Assembly (NCBI GenBank): GCA_963798085.1
Contig: CAWCRS010000007.1
Location: 160,001-224,000, forward strand
Direction: 5' to 3'
Origin: an uncultured Gemmatimonadales bacterium
GTDB lineage: Bacteria > Gemmatimonadota > Gemmatimonadetes > Longimicrobiales > RSA9
Length of the DNA: 64,000 bases
The translations under genes and the position numbers were made by a program. The notes beneath the pieces were generated by a model. It was not told the DNA's origin, made no database searches, and saw only the letters and a list, made by a program, of their open reading frames with translations. This document shows, in pieces, positions 38,402-49,556 of the stretch; the first letter of the stretch is position 1, and every line of letters begins with the position of its first letter.

Positions 38402-40141
38402 ATGCGCAGCGACCCCGATACGCCTCCGCCCGGAGAGGCCGACAACGCGGACGATAGCCTTCTGCCCGTCCGCATGCTGAACGAGTTCGTCTACTGCCCA
38501 AGGCTCTTCCATCTCATGCACGTCGAGCAGCAGTGGGCGGACAACGTGTACACAGCCGAAGGCCAGGAGGTGCACCGTCGGGTGGATCGCTTCGGCGATA
38601 TTCTGCCGGAAGCCGCCTCGCCGGCGGAGCCGGAAGGGGACGGCGAAGGCGACGCTCCTCCTGAAATCAGCCGGTCCGTCACGCTCTCCAGCGAACGCCT
38701 CGGGATCGTCGCCAAACTCGATCTGGTCTCGACGGCCGGGGACGAGGCGGTTCCTGTCGACACGAAGCGCGGCCGGGTGCCGCGCAACCCGGAGCGCAGC
38801 TGGGAGCCGGAGCGAGTGCAGCTCATGGCCCAGGGGCTGCTCCTGCGCGAGCACAGCTTCCGCTGCGATCACGGTGTCCTCTACTTCGCCGGGTCCCGCA
38901 CGCGAGTCACGATACCCTTCACCGCCGAGCTCGAGGCGCGCACCCTCCACTACATCGCCGAGGCGGGTCGGGCGGCCGAGCGCATGACCCTGCCCGATCC
39001 GCTCGAGGACAGTCCGAAATGCAACGGTTGTTCGCTCAACGGGATCTGCCTTCCCGACGAGACCCTGGCGCTACGGGATGTGCCCGCTGACCCCGTCACG
39101 TCGGCGACGGGAGTGCGCCGCCTCTACCCGCCCCGGGAAGAGGCCCTTCCACTGTACGTGCAGGAGCAGGGCGCGACCGTGGGCAAGGATGGCCAGCGCG
39201 TCGCGGTCCGGAAGGACGGCGAAGTGCTCGCTCATGTGCGCTTCAAGGACATCGATCAGCTCGTTCTGTGCGGAGGCGTGAGTGTGACGTCAGCCGCGAT
39301 CCATGCGCTCTGCGAAGCGGGCATTCCCATTGTCCACCTCTCCCGCGGGCACTGGTTCTATGGAATCACGAGCGGCTTCGGTCTGCGCAACGCATTCAAT
39401 CGAGCGGCACAGTTCCAGTCTGCGGCCGACGCCGGACGCGTGCTCGGTTTTGCGCGCGCGGTCGTGCGCGCGAAGGGCATGAACCAGCGCACGATGATCC
39501 TGCGCAATGCGCGACCGCGTCCGATTCCGGGTGGACGCGAAATGGTCGCGTTGCTGCGCAAAGTCCCCCACGTCCGCAATGTCGATGAACTGCTCGGCCT
39601 CGAGGGTGCGCTCGGCGCGATCTACTTCCGGCATTTCGACGCCATGCTGCGCCCGCGTGAATCGGATTTCGAGTTCGATTTCTCGGGCCGCAACCGTCGG
39701 CCGCCGCGCGACCCGGTGAATGCGCTGCTCTCGTTCACCTATGCCATGCTGGCGCGGGAATGCACGGTCGCGGTGGCGGCGACGGGGCTCGACCCATGGT
39801 GGGGTCTCTACCACCGGCCCCGTCACGGGCGTCCAGCGCTCGCGCTGGATCTCATGGAAGAGTTTCGCCCGCTCGTCGCCGACAGTGCTGTCATCACCGC
39901 GATCAACACGGGCATGGTCGGCGGCAGCGACTTCGTCAGGAATCGTCAGGCCTGCGTCCTCAATGCGGGTGGCCGCAAGGCCATGATCCGGGCGTACGAG
40001 GCGCGACTCGAGCAACTCGTCACGCATCCGGTGTTCGGCTACCGGTGCTCCTGGCGCACGGTCGTCCGGGTGCAGGCGAAGCTGCTCGCCCGCTGGCTTC
40101 GCGGCAATGTCCCCACGTACCGCGGCATGACGACGCGCTGA
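38402..40141 (+). CDS. cas4/cas1: Cas4-Cas1 fusion
   Basis: Cas4: NEFVYCPR, KLDL, VDTKRG, CNGCSLNGICLP. Cas1: LLGLEG, RNRRPPRDPVNALLSFTY, LALDLMEEFRP. Confidence 0.96.
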   Translation: MRSDPDTPPPGEADNADDSLLPVRMLNEFVYCPRLFHLMHVEQQWADNVYTAEGQEVHRRVDRFGDILPEAASPAEPEGDGEGDAPPEISRSVTLSSERLGIVAKLDLVSTAGDEAVPVDTKRGRVPRNPERSWEPERVQLMAQGLLLREHSFRCDHGVLYFAGSRTRVTIPFTAELEARTLHYIAEAGRAAERMTLPDPLEDSPKCNGCSLNGICLPDETLALRDVPADPVTSATGVRRLYPPREEALPLYVQEQGATVGKDGQRVAVRKDGEVLAHVRFKDIDQLVLCGGVSVTSAAIHALCEAGIPIVHLSRGHWFYGITSGFGLRNAFNRAAQFQSAADAGRVLGFARAVVRAKGMNQRTMILRNARPRPIPGGREMVALLRKVPHVRNVDELLGLEGALGAIYFRHFDAMLRPRESDFEFDFSGRNRRPPRDPVNALLSFTYAMLARECTVAVAATGLDPWWGLYHRPRHGRPALALDLMEEFRPLVADSAVITAINTGMVGGSDFVRNRQACVLNAGGRKAMIRAYEARLEQLVTHPVFGYRCSWRTVVRVQAKLLARWLRGNVPTYRGMTTR

Positions 40142-40143
40142 TC

Positions 40144-40434
40144 ATGGATCGCCGTCACTACGTCATCACCTACGACATCTCCGACGACCGTCGCCGGACC
40201 AATGTCCATCGGACCCTGCTCGGCTTTGGCGACTGGGCTCAGTACAGCGTATTCTTCTGTGAACTCAACGAACGCGAACTTGTCACGCTTCGCGCGCGCC
40301 TGCGCGCGTGCATTCACGCAGTCGAGGATCAGGTCCTGATCGTGGACCTTGGCCGTGCCGTTCACCCGTTGCAGACAGGCCTCGAGTGCCTGGGTCGTGG
40401 CTACGACCCGCCTGTGCGGACGTTCGTCGTCTGA
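40144..40434 (+). CDS. cas2: Cas2
   Basis: MDRRHYVITYDISDDRRR...GDWAQYSVFFC...DQVLIVDLG. Confidence 0.96.
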   Translation: MDRRHYVITYDISDDRRRTNVHRTLLGFGDWAQYSVFFCELNERELVTLRARLRACIHAVEDQVLIVDLGRAVHPLQTGLECLGRGYDPPVRTFVV

Positions 40435-40618
40435 CGGATGGGTCTTTCGAGCGGAGGGGGTAATGCGCAGATTGCCGGGAGCCGGTCGAAGCTGTTTGAA
40501 AATCAGGGTCTTGGGTGAGTCTACAGGCCTTCCCATGCTCGTGCGACCCCGTCCGGTTGGTTGCCCGCTCGATTCCGGTTCGCTAACTTTCGTGTTCGCA
40601 GCGAGTTCCAGGACGGCC
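40435..40618 (+). promoter_or_regulatory. CRISPR leader
   Basis: Non-coding stretch between cas2 and the first repeat, with AT-rich patches and an inverted pair TCGAGCGG (40447-40454) / CCGCTCGA (40565-40572). Confidence 0.8.
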
Positions 40619-43305
40619 ATTTCCGCGCTCACACGAGCGCGGCCCCATTGAAGCACGATGCGATCACGCACCATCGAGCGCTCAGTCTCACCGGATTTCC
40701 GCGCTCACACGAGCGCGGCCCCATTGAAGCGCACCGACGTCTGCCGTCCGCGAGCTCGCCGTCCGGCACGAATTTCCGCGCTCACACGAGCGCGGCCCCA
40801 TTGAAGCGTGCCCTAGGCTTGCACGTCCGGGTGTACGTGACGCCCAAATTTCCGCGCTCACACGAGCGCGGCCCCATTGAAGCGAGCCGACGATCGGCTC
40901 GGCACCGATCGCGAGCGCGTCCGACGCGACTCGATTTCCGCGCTCACACGAGCGCGGCCCCATTGAAGCGCGAGTGCCGCGTCACGATGGCCGCGAGTCG
41001 TCGATCCGATTTCCGCGCTCACACGAGCGCGGCCCCATTGAAGCGCGAGCGCGACCAGCGACATGCCGCCGGCGCTCCGCAATTTCCGCGCTCACACGAG
41101 CGCGGCCCCATTGAAGCCGACACCGCAGTCAGCGCCATGAGCTCGACGCCGATCGGCGATTTCCGCGCTCACACGAGCGCGGCCCCATTGAAGCTCGGTG
41201 CAGCGATCGCGACCATCGACGCAGCGGTCGCAATTTCCGCGCTCACACGAGCGCGGCCCCATTGAAGCCAGGTCACGCTATCGCACCGTCATCGCGCAAC
41301 GTGCTCGTCGATTTCCGCGCTCACACGAGCGCGGCCCCATTGAAGCGACGCGATCGCGCATGCGATCACGTCGACCGGCAGTCAGCATTTCCGCGCTCAC
41401 ACGAGCGCGGCCCCATTGAAGCGCGTGACGCGGTCCGAGCAGGCGCGACAGGTCCGCGCGATTTCCGCGCTCACACGAGCGCGGCCCCATTGAAGCGTGC
41501 GAGCCGCGCGTGGTCCGCCGAGGAAGTCGTACGCGATTTCCGCGCTCACACGAGCGCGGCCCCATTGAAGCATCGTAGCTACCCGGCGACAGCGCACAGG
41601 AGCGCACGACATTTCCGCGCTCACACGAGCGCGGCCCCATTGAAGCGAGCTCGATGACGCGCCATGGCATCATCAACGCTGCGCTCGATTTCCGCGCTCA
41701 CACGAGCGCGGCCCCATTGAAGCGCTCGGAGCGCGAGTCCTCGGCGATCGGCCGTCGAATTTCCGCGCTCACACGAGCGCGGCCCCATTGAAGCGTGCGG
41801 CCGGGGCTCGACAGCCGTCACGAGGCGCGTGGATTTCCGCGCTCACACGAGCGCGGCCCCATTGAAGCGTACGCGCTTCGACCGCGATCGCGTACGCCTG
41901 CTGCCAGCATTTCCGCGCTCACACGAGCGCGGCCCCATTGAAGCCTGCAGACGCACATGCGTGCATGCCAGCATCCGCGCAGGAATTTCCGCGCTCACAC
42001 GAGCGCGGCCCCATTGAAGCCAGTCGACACGCGATGGCCGATTCCGATACGCGACGATTTCCGCGCTCACACGAGCGCGGCCCCATTGAAGCGCATGGCC
42101 GAGCGTGAGCTGCGAGTCGCAGAATGTCCTCACTTTCCGCGCTCACTACGAGCGCGGCCCCATTGAAGCCCGCTGACAGGACAGGTGCTCAACCATGCGA
42201 TCGAGTCCGATTTCCGCGCTCACACGAGCGCGGCCCCATTGAAGCGTCACATCGAACGCGCATGACGGTCACGCGGGGCTGATTTCCGCGCTCACACGAG
42301 CGCGGCCCCATTGAAGCCATGTGACACATCGACGTGTCACGCGGACTCGGCCGGCATTTCCGCGCTCGACACGAGCGCGGCCCCATTGAAGCGGTAGACC
42401 AGCGCTCAGCCGACGTCATGCGCAGCTGGACGCGTTATTTCCGCGCTCACACGAGCGCGGCCCCATTGAAGCGGGAGCTTCGACTGGTCCGTGCGAATCC
42501 GCCGGCGCTAGCATTTCCGCGCTCACACGAGCGCGGCCCCATTGAAGCCTGGCAGGCTGGTCCGTGAGGCGGTCGACTGCTGCACCATTTCCGCGCTCAC
42601 ACGAGCGCGGCCCCATTGAAGCGGACTTCGCCTGGATCGACTGCGCACGAGGTCCGGGTACCATTTCCGCGCTCGCACGAGCGCGGCCCCATTGAAGCGA
42701 GCGTCCAGTCCGGTGCCGCGCCGAGCATGGCGATCAGCATTTCCGCGCTCACACGAGCGCGGCCCCATTGAAGCCGACGCACGGTCCGACTGCATGACGG
42801 CCGCGCGTCGCTGGCCATTTCCGCGCTCACACGAGCGCGGCCCCATTGAAGCGAGCGTCGGGCGGGTGCTGCGCCAGCTGGGCGACAGCATTTCCGCGCT
42901 CACACGAGCGCGGCCCCATTGAAGCCGGAACGGCAGGACGTCCGGAGTCGACGTCATGCCGGCCGATTTCCGCGCTCACACGAGCGCGGCCCCATTGAAG
43001 CTCGACGCGAGATTGCGGCCGCGTGCCACGACGCATGGCGGCAATTTCCGCGCTCACACGAGCGCGGCCCCATTGAAGCCGGACGGCCCTGCGCGACTGG
43101 CCGGGCCGTCGCCGTCATTTCCGCGCTCACACGAGCGCGGCCCCATTGAAGCACGAACGCGCAATGCCGCACGCCGACGCGCAGAGCCGGCTCATTTCCG
43201 CGCTCACACGAGCGCGGCCCCATTGAAGCACGCAATCGCCCATGGCGTCGTATGGACGGCCGTATCGGCATTTCCGCGCTCACACGAGCGCGGCCCCATT
43301 GAAGC
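40619..43305 (+). CRISPR. CRISPR array, leader-proximal segment (36 repeats)
   Basis: 36-bp repeat ATTTCCGCGCTCACACGAGCGCGGCCCCATTGAAGC with hairpin CCGCGCTC/GAGCGCGG and a type I-G-like ATTGAAGC end; spacers 35-50 nt. Confidence 0.99.
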
Positions 43306-43405
43306 GCGACGCCGGTGTTCACGCGCCGACATCCATTGTCAACACCGGTCGAAAATCTGACACTTTCCAACGGTTGAAAATCTGACACTCCGTTGGTGTT
43401 TGATG

Positions 43406-44248
43406 TCAGTCCATATCGACCTCCTGGGGCCGTAAGGAACGGCGCTGCCGGCGGCGAGGCGCCTCATCGTCTGGGGGCTCGGGCTGTTTCCAGAGGTGGC
43501 TGTGGTTGCGAACGCGGTAGCTGTTGCCGCGGATGTTGACGATATGGCAGTGGTGAAGGAGGCGGTCGATCAGAGCCGCGGCCATGACCTCGTCGCCGAA
43601 GATGTCGCCCCACTCTTCGAAGGACTTGTTGGACGTGAGCACCGTGGAAGCGTGCTCGTAGCGCCGGCTCATCAACTGGAAGAAGAGCATGGCGCCGGTG
43701 CGGGAGATGGGCAGGTAGCCGATCTCGTCGACGACGAGCAGCGAGGGGTGGGTGAGCACCTTGAGTCGCTGATGGAAGCGGCTGGCGGCCTGCGCTTCCT
43801 CGAGCGAGGTGATGAGGTCTGCCAGGGTGCCGTAGTAGACGCGCCGGCCGCTCTGCGCGGCCGAGATGGCCAGAGCAATGGCCAAATGCGTCTTGCCGAC
43901 GCCCGGTGGACCGAGGAACACCACGTTTTCCTTCCGGTCGATGAAGCTCAGCTCGTGCAGACTCTCGATCTGCTCGCGGCGAATCGAGGGCTGGAAGGTG
44001 AAGTCGAAGTCGCCGAGTGTTTTCACGGCCGGCAGTCGGCTGGAACGCATGGCAGCCTGGAGGCGGCGGTTATTGCGCAGTGTGATCTGCGCCCCGAGGA
44101 GGCTTTCAATGGCCTCACCGGCGGTGAGCTGCGCGCTGTCCACGCGCTGCAGAATCGGATCGAGCTCTTCGAGAGCACCTGGCATCTTCAGGTCGGCGAG
44201 CATGGTGCGGATGCGGTCGCGTCGGGTGGGCGCCGGCGTCTTGCTCAT
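43406..44248 (-). CDS. istB: IS21 helper ATPase IstB
   Basis: KTLGDFDFTFQP, GPPGVGKTHLA, LLVVDEIGY, TSNKSFEEWG, IDRLLHH, GNSYR. Confidence 0.97.
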   Translation of the reverse strand: MSKTPAPTRRDRIRTMLADLKMPGALEELDPILQRVDSAQLTAGEAIESLLGAQITLRNNRRLQAAMRSSRLPAVKTLGDFDFTFQPSIRREQIESLHELSFIDRKENVVFLGPPGVGKTHLAIALAISAAQSGRRVYYGTLADLITSLEEAQAASRFHQRLKVLTHPSLLVVDEIGYLPISRTGAMLFFQLMSRRYEHASTVLTSNKSFEEWGDIFGDEVMAAALIDRLLHHCHIVNIRGNSYRVRNHSHLWKQPEPPDDEAPRRRQRRSLRPQEVDMD

Positions 44249-45272
44249 GATACGCCTCCCGCGATGGCCGCATAGCTGGCCAGTGGGCGGCGCTCCACAG
44301 GAACGGAGGGTGTGCGCGAAGTCCGCTTCGAGGGCGCCCCATCGATGGGGAGCACGAGGGACTGATAGGGACGGGTTAGTGGCTGCAGCAGGGCCTTCTC
44401 GTCCCGCTCGAAACGGTCCACGGGCTTCTCGCCCGTGGTAGCGTGGGTGCGGAGATTGGCCACCGTCTGAAGCCACTGCTCGGCCTGGTCATTCAGGTCG
44501 GCGTCCCCGATGGAGACTTGCGACCATAGACGAAGCTGGCGCGCAGGTAACGGATCGGGCGCTCCACCTTGCCCTTGGTCTGTGCGCGGTACGGACGACA
44601 AGCCCGAGCCCGGAAGCTCCAGTGGCTGCAGAAGCGCAGGAACTCGGCGTTTTCAATGAGGCGGCCACCCCCGGGACGCAGGTCGCGCAGGATCACCGAC
44701 CGCATCTGGTCGAAGAGCAGCTCGCGCGGTACGCCACCGAAGAAAGCGAACGCCTGCTCCAGACCGAGCTGCAGTGTATGCATGTCCTGGCGCGGGAAGA
44801 ACCGCAGCCACAGCAGGCGCGAGTAGGCGAGCACCACCAGCAGCGCGTATCGTACGCCCCAGGGAAAGCGGAAGTGTGCGAAGTCGACCTGCCCCTGGTG
44901 CGCAGGCGGTGTTTCGAAGCGGATGATCTCCTTCTCGGGTGGCTGCGGACGGATGCTCCGGACATAGTCACGCAGCTGCGTGACCCCACCTGTGTAGCCG
45001 GCAGCACGGATCTCATGGAAGAGTCGTGCGCCACTGAGGTCCGGGTACTCCGTGAGTCGGGCCGTGAGGATTGCCTTGAATGGATCCAGCTTCGTGGGCA
45101 CTGCGGGTCGGGGACCGTAGCGCACCGCCAACGGATCACGGTCCAGCTCACCCTTTCGAATCATGGAGTAGATCGTCTCCAGTGAGATCCCCAGTCGGCG
45201 GGCGATCTCTGCCTTGGAGAGACCCTGCTCGAGGTAGTGCCTGAGTAACACGCGTCGCTCCATTTCGATCAA
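44245..45272 (-). CDS. istA: IS21 transposase IstA (frameshift near 44515)
   Basis: N-terminal HTH, TKLDPFK, RFETPPAHQGQVDF, FFGGVPRELLFDQM, CRPYRAQTKGKVER; the tail ANLRTHATTGEKP is in another frame. Confidence 0.95.
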
Positions 45273-45416
45273 CGGGCCTCCTCCCTGAAGGAGGCACCAA
45301 CGTGAAGGTTTCGCGGGGAGCAGGCCATCGGCCCACGCCGCCGCACTCGCAGAGCGGCGAGTGTCAGATTTTCGACGGGCGCTTATGTCATATTTTCACA
45401 CCGGTGGCAACACGCC

Positions 45417-48400
45417 ATTTCCGCGCTCACACGGGCGCGGCCCCATTGAAGCCGCACCGGTCAGACATCGCCGTGCCGGGTACCGATTTCCGCGCTCACA
45501 CGAGCGCGGCCCCATTGAAGCCGATGACCGGCTCAGCGACCACCTGCGCCGCTGCCGAGTTCCGATTTCCGCGCTCACACGGGCGCGGCCCCATTGAAGC
45601 ATCGCTTCCCGGACCGCCGTGCCCGTCACCTTGCCGTGAGATTTCCGCGCCCACACGGGCGCGGCCCCATTGAAGCAGACGCGGCGCGTCTCGCGGCTGT
45701 CTGGCCCGTCCGCAATTTCCGCGCTCACACGGGCGCGGCCCCATTGAAGCGCGCGGTCCGGAACGCCATCCGGGCACATTGCCCGCGAGCTGATTTCCGC
45801 GCTCACACGGGCGCGGCCCCATTGAAGCAGTCGTGACCCGGCGGCCATCAACGGCAATCGCTACTGCGGTGCAATTTCCGCGCTCACACGGGCGCGGCCC
45901 CATTGAAGCCGGACTGCACGGTCCGACGAGCCGCGCGCCCGTGATCGTCCATTTCCGCGCTCACACGGGCGCGGCCCCATTGAAGCACGCGCTCGACCGG
46001 CTCCGCTCGGCGCGGTCTGGCACGATCCGGCTGATTTCCGCGCTCACACGGGCGCGGCCCCATTGAAGCCATGGCTGCGCTGCCATTCGCCGCGTGGCGA
46101 GCCCGCACGATTTCCGCGCTCACACGGGCGCGGCCCCATTGAAGCATGCAGCGACCGCACCGATCGGTCGCATGGCGCCGCCATTTCCGCGCTCACACGG
46201 GCGCGGCCCCATTGAAGCCATAGCGGCCGGCCGTTCGGCCCGTTGGCACCAGCAGCATTTCCGCGCTCACACGGGCGCGGCCCCATTGAAGCGAGGCATG
46301 ACGTTGGCGTACCGTCGCTGCGCGTCTGGCGCATTTCCGCGCTCACACGGGCGCGGCCCCATTGAAGCATCGGCGTCACTACGCCGCGACTGAGATCGCG
46401 CACAGGTCACATTTCCGCGCTCACACGGGCGCGGCCCCATTGAAGCGAGCACGGCCGAGCTCGGTCGTCGAGCAGACTCGCCGACATTTCCGCGCTCACA
46501 CGAGCGCGGCCCCATTGAAGCGCATGGCGATCGATCGCGCCGTCCAGCGCCGCACTGAGCCGCATTTCCGCGCTCACACGAGCGCGGCCCCATTGAAGCG
46601 CGCATGCCGCGCATGCGCACCACACGTCTGTAGCGCGGCTGCCGCTCATTTCCGCGCCCACACGAGCGCGGCCCCATTGAAGCGACGAGCATCTCGGATC
46701 ATGTCCGCTGAGGCCGCATCGCTCATTTCCGCGCTCACACGGGCGCGGCCCCATTGAAGCCGAAGTGCGCGCTCTGCCCGAGTCGACCATCCGCGTCATT
46801 TCCGCGCTCACACGGGCGCGGCCCCATTGAAGCGACAGCGGCTATCGCCGACCTGCACGGAGTCGCATCGCCGACATTTCCGCGCTCACACGGGCGCGGC
46901 CCCATTGAAGCACGGTCGAGCTCGCAGCTGCTTGCGATCGCCGCTCGGTCCATTTCCGCGCTCACACGAGCGCGGCCCCATTGAAGCAGCCTGACGAGTT
47001 CGCGCTGGCGCTATCGCAGCATGCCTGCGATTTCCGCGCTCACACGGGCGCGGCCCCATTGAAGCAGCTAGACAGCGTCGCGAACGTGCTCGACCGAACC
47101 GCGTGACATTTCCGCGCTCACACGAGCGCGGCCCCATTGAAGCTCGCGCCGGCTGCTGGCGCGGCCAGTGCACCTGCCGATGCGATTTCCGCGCTCACAC
47201 GAGCGCGGCCCCATTGAAGCGCATGGCGCGATTCACGTCTCGACGAGCTGCGCGCAAATTTCCGCGCTCACACGAGCGCGGCCCCATTGAAGCGCACGAC
47301 GTGCGTGCCGCGCCGCGCGATGGCGCTCGGCGGCATTTCCGCGCTCACACGGGCGCGGCCCCATTGAAGCGACGGTCGCGTGCGCCGATCACCGCGATCG
47401 CGCACCGATTTCCGCGCTCACACGAGCGCGGCCCCATTGAAGCCGCAGTGACTGAGCAGCTCGACTGCCACCTGCGGCCGATTTCCGCGCTCACACGAGC
47501 GCGGCCCCATTGAAGCGCAGCATCGAGCACTCGCATCGCTGAGCCATGGCGCGATGCTGATTTCCGCGCTCACACGAGCGCGGCCCCATTGAAGCCCGAC
47601 AGACTCAGCCGACACGGCGATGCGCTCGGGCGGCTGATTTCCGCGCTCACACGAGCGCGGCCCCATTGAAGCGAGCGATCTGCCGCCGCCGTCATGAGCG
47701 TTCGCGGCGACATGCTGCATTTCCGCGCTCACACGGGCGCGGCCCCATTGAAGCCGAGCTCGACGTGGGCGCCATCGTTGCAGCGCGGCCGCACTATTTC
47801 CGCGCTCACACGAGCGCGGCCCCATTGAAGCAGTGAGCTGCCGGTATCCGCCCAGTCGGCATACCCGCATCATTTCCGCGCTCACACGAGCGCGGCCCCA
47901 TTGAAGCGCGAGGCTGCGCATGCGCGCCCGAGGACAGGCCATGACATTTCCGCGCTCACACGGGCGCGGCCCCATTGAAGCGCGTCAGCGACGTTCAGCC
48001 TCGCGACCGCAACGCCGATCATTTCCGCGCTCACACGGGCGCGGCCCCATTGAAGCACATGAGTCCGCGGTCGGCCCGTGCGTGACGTCGGCCCGATTTC
48101 CGCGCTCACACGGGCGCGGCCCCATTGAAGCGCGAGCCACGCGGTCGGAACAGGCGGTCGGAGGCTGCCACGTATTTCCGCGCTCACACGAGCGCGGCCC
48201 CATTGAAGCGCTGCATGCTTTCGGTTGCACTGCGCAACGCGGACACTGGCATTTCCGCGCTCACACGAGCGCGGCCCCATTGAAGCACGTGTCGCGCGAC
48301 TTGAACCGCACGAGTTGCCAGCCGATTTCCGCGCTCACACGAGCGCGGCCCCATTGAAGCGTCACGGAATTCGCCGAGCGGCTCTACCACCGGAAGGGCG

Positions 48401-48438
48401 AGATTTCCGCGCTCACACGGGCGCGGCCCCATAGAAGC
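45417..48438 (+). CRISPR. CRISPR array, leader-distal segment (40 repeats)
   Basis: Same repeat with a frequent A18G variant; terminal repeat degenerate (CCCCATAGAAGC); spacers 33-48 nt. Confidence 0.99.
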
Positions 48439-48542
48439 AGGAAAGACTCGCAGTCACGACCGGCTGCGTCTCGGCCCGGGAGGGACTGTGACCTTACGCC
48501 TGTTCGTTGCAATCACCCGAGCGCGCGCCCACGGAAGTCTGA

Positions 48543-49412
48543 TTATCGAGGTGCCACTCGCCCCGAGTCTCCGTACATGACCGGCGTTCGCACGAACGAG
48601 CCGATAAGACTGCGCCATCGTACTGGCCGTGTACGCGCGGCGCCGAAGTCCATGAAACCAAGCGGCCGCAGCTGCTTGCCCACGCCCGTGCCTGTGTCGA
48701 TGCGCAGCAGCACGCCGTTGGGCGCGGACTCGAACACGCCGCTGGTCAGGCCGTAGAGCTGCCCTTCCACGAACGTCAGGCCCCACACGTTGTCGAAGCC
48801 AATGGCCGCTCCGTTGCCCACGGGCGAAGCCATGCCCGTCCCCGGATCCACGGTAACCAGCCGTTCCACATTGCCCGCGCCCACCACCGTGGCGTACAAC
48901 GTACCATCCGGCGCAAACGCAATGTCGCCGCTGGAGAACAGGAACGAGCCGAACTCCCCGATGATCTGCGCCTGGCCCGTGACCGTGTCGATGACGGCCA
49001 GCTCGCCCAGCTGTCGAGCGCCGAACAGCCGGCCAGCTGGATCGAACGCCAGCGCGTTCATGCCTGGATTGTCGAGGGAACCGATACGCGTGGCGCGGGC
49101 CGTCGACGCATCAATGCGGTAGAGATCCTCCTCCGTGATGCCCCAGAGTCCGCCATGGGGCGCGCGCGCGATGTCCGTAAGCTCGAGACTCTCACCTGTC
49201 GCGTTGGTCACGGGCGCAATCATCGAGTCGCTGGCGCCGGCCTGGAGCGGCACGCGATAGAGCACGGACTGCAGACCGCCCACGGCGTACAGCGCGGGCT
49301 GCGACGCGGGCTGGCCCGGCCCCGTGGAATCGCTGCACGCGCTTCCCGCCACAGCGAGCGTGGCGCTCAAGCACAGTGTTATACGCGCTGGCAGGAAAAG
49401 ACTGCTTTGCAT
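48543..49412 (-). CDS. Beta-propeller-like lipoprotein
   Basis: GSAC lipobox then SDSTGP; repeats TDIAR...LWGI, NALAFDPAGRLFG, GDIAFAPDGTLYA, WGLTFVEGQLYG. Confidence 0.75.
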   Translation of the reverse strand: MQSSLFLPARITLCLSATLAVAGSACSDSTGPGQPASQPALYAVGGLQSVLYRVPLQAGASDSMIAPVTNATGESLELTDIARAPHGGLWGITEEDLYRIDASTARATRIGSLDNPGMNALAFDPAGRLFGARQLGELAVIDTVTGQAQIIGEFGSFLFSSGDIAFAPDGTLYATVVGAGNVERLVTVDPGTGMASPVGNGAAIGFDNVWGLTFVEGQLYGLTSGVFESAPNGVLLRIDTGTGVGKQLRPLGFMDFGAARTRPVRWRSLIGSFVRTPVMYGDSGRVAPR

Positions 49413-49556
49413 TGCTGCCCTCGATGCAACACAGGTGTAACGCACCGGAGCCGGGAGCGGCCATCGGCTCCGCGTGCTCCGCCGGCCTGACCCCGTGTCG
49501 GCCGCCGCGCCGTCCAATCCGGCGGTCCTGCACCCGGTTCCGCCGATGAGCTGGAC

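Larger units (their letters stand above)
43337..45412 (-). mobile_element. IS21 family insertion sequence inside a CRISPR spacer
   Basis: TGT...ACA ends (TGTCAACACCGGTCGAAAATCTGACA versus reverse complement TGTTGCCACCGGTGTGAAAATATGACA), duplicated subterminal GAAAATCTGACACT boxes, and istA-istB. Confidence 0.95.

Noticed and set aside
30076..45412. CRISPR-associated transposon (type I-G plus IstA/IstB)
   Set aside because: The IS ends enclose only istA-istB, there is no tniQ/tnsD, and cas3 and the adaptation genes are present. It is a plain IS inserted in the array.
40655..48402. Self-targeting or duplicated spacers
   Set aside because: None seen by eye within the window. A proper alignment is needed to exclude them.
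40561..48434. Many short ORFs with FPRSHERGPIEA or MGPRSCERGN repeats
   Set aside because: These are translations of the CRISPR repeat.
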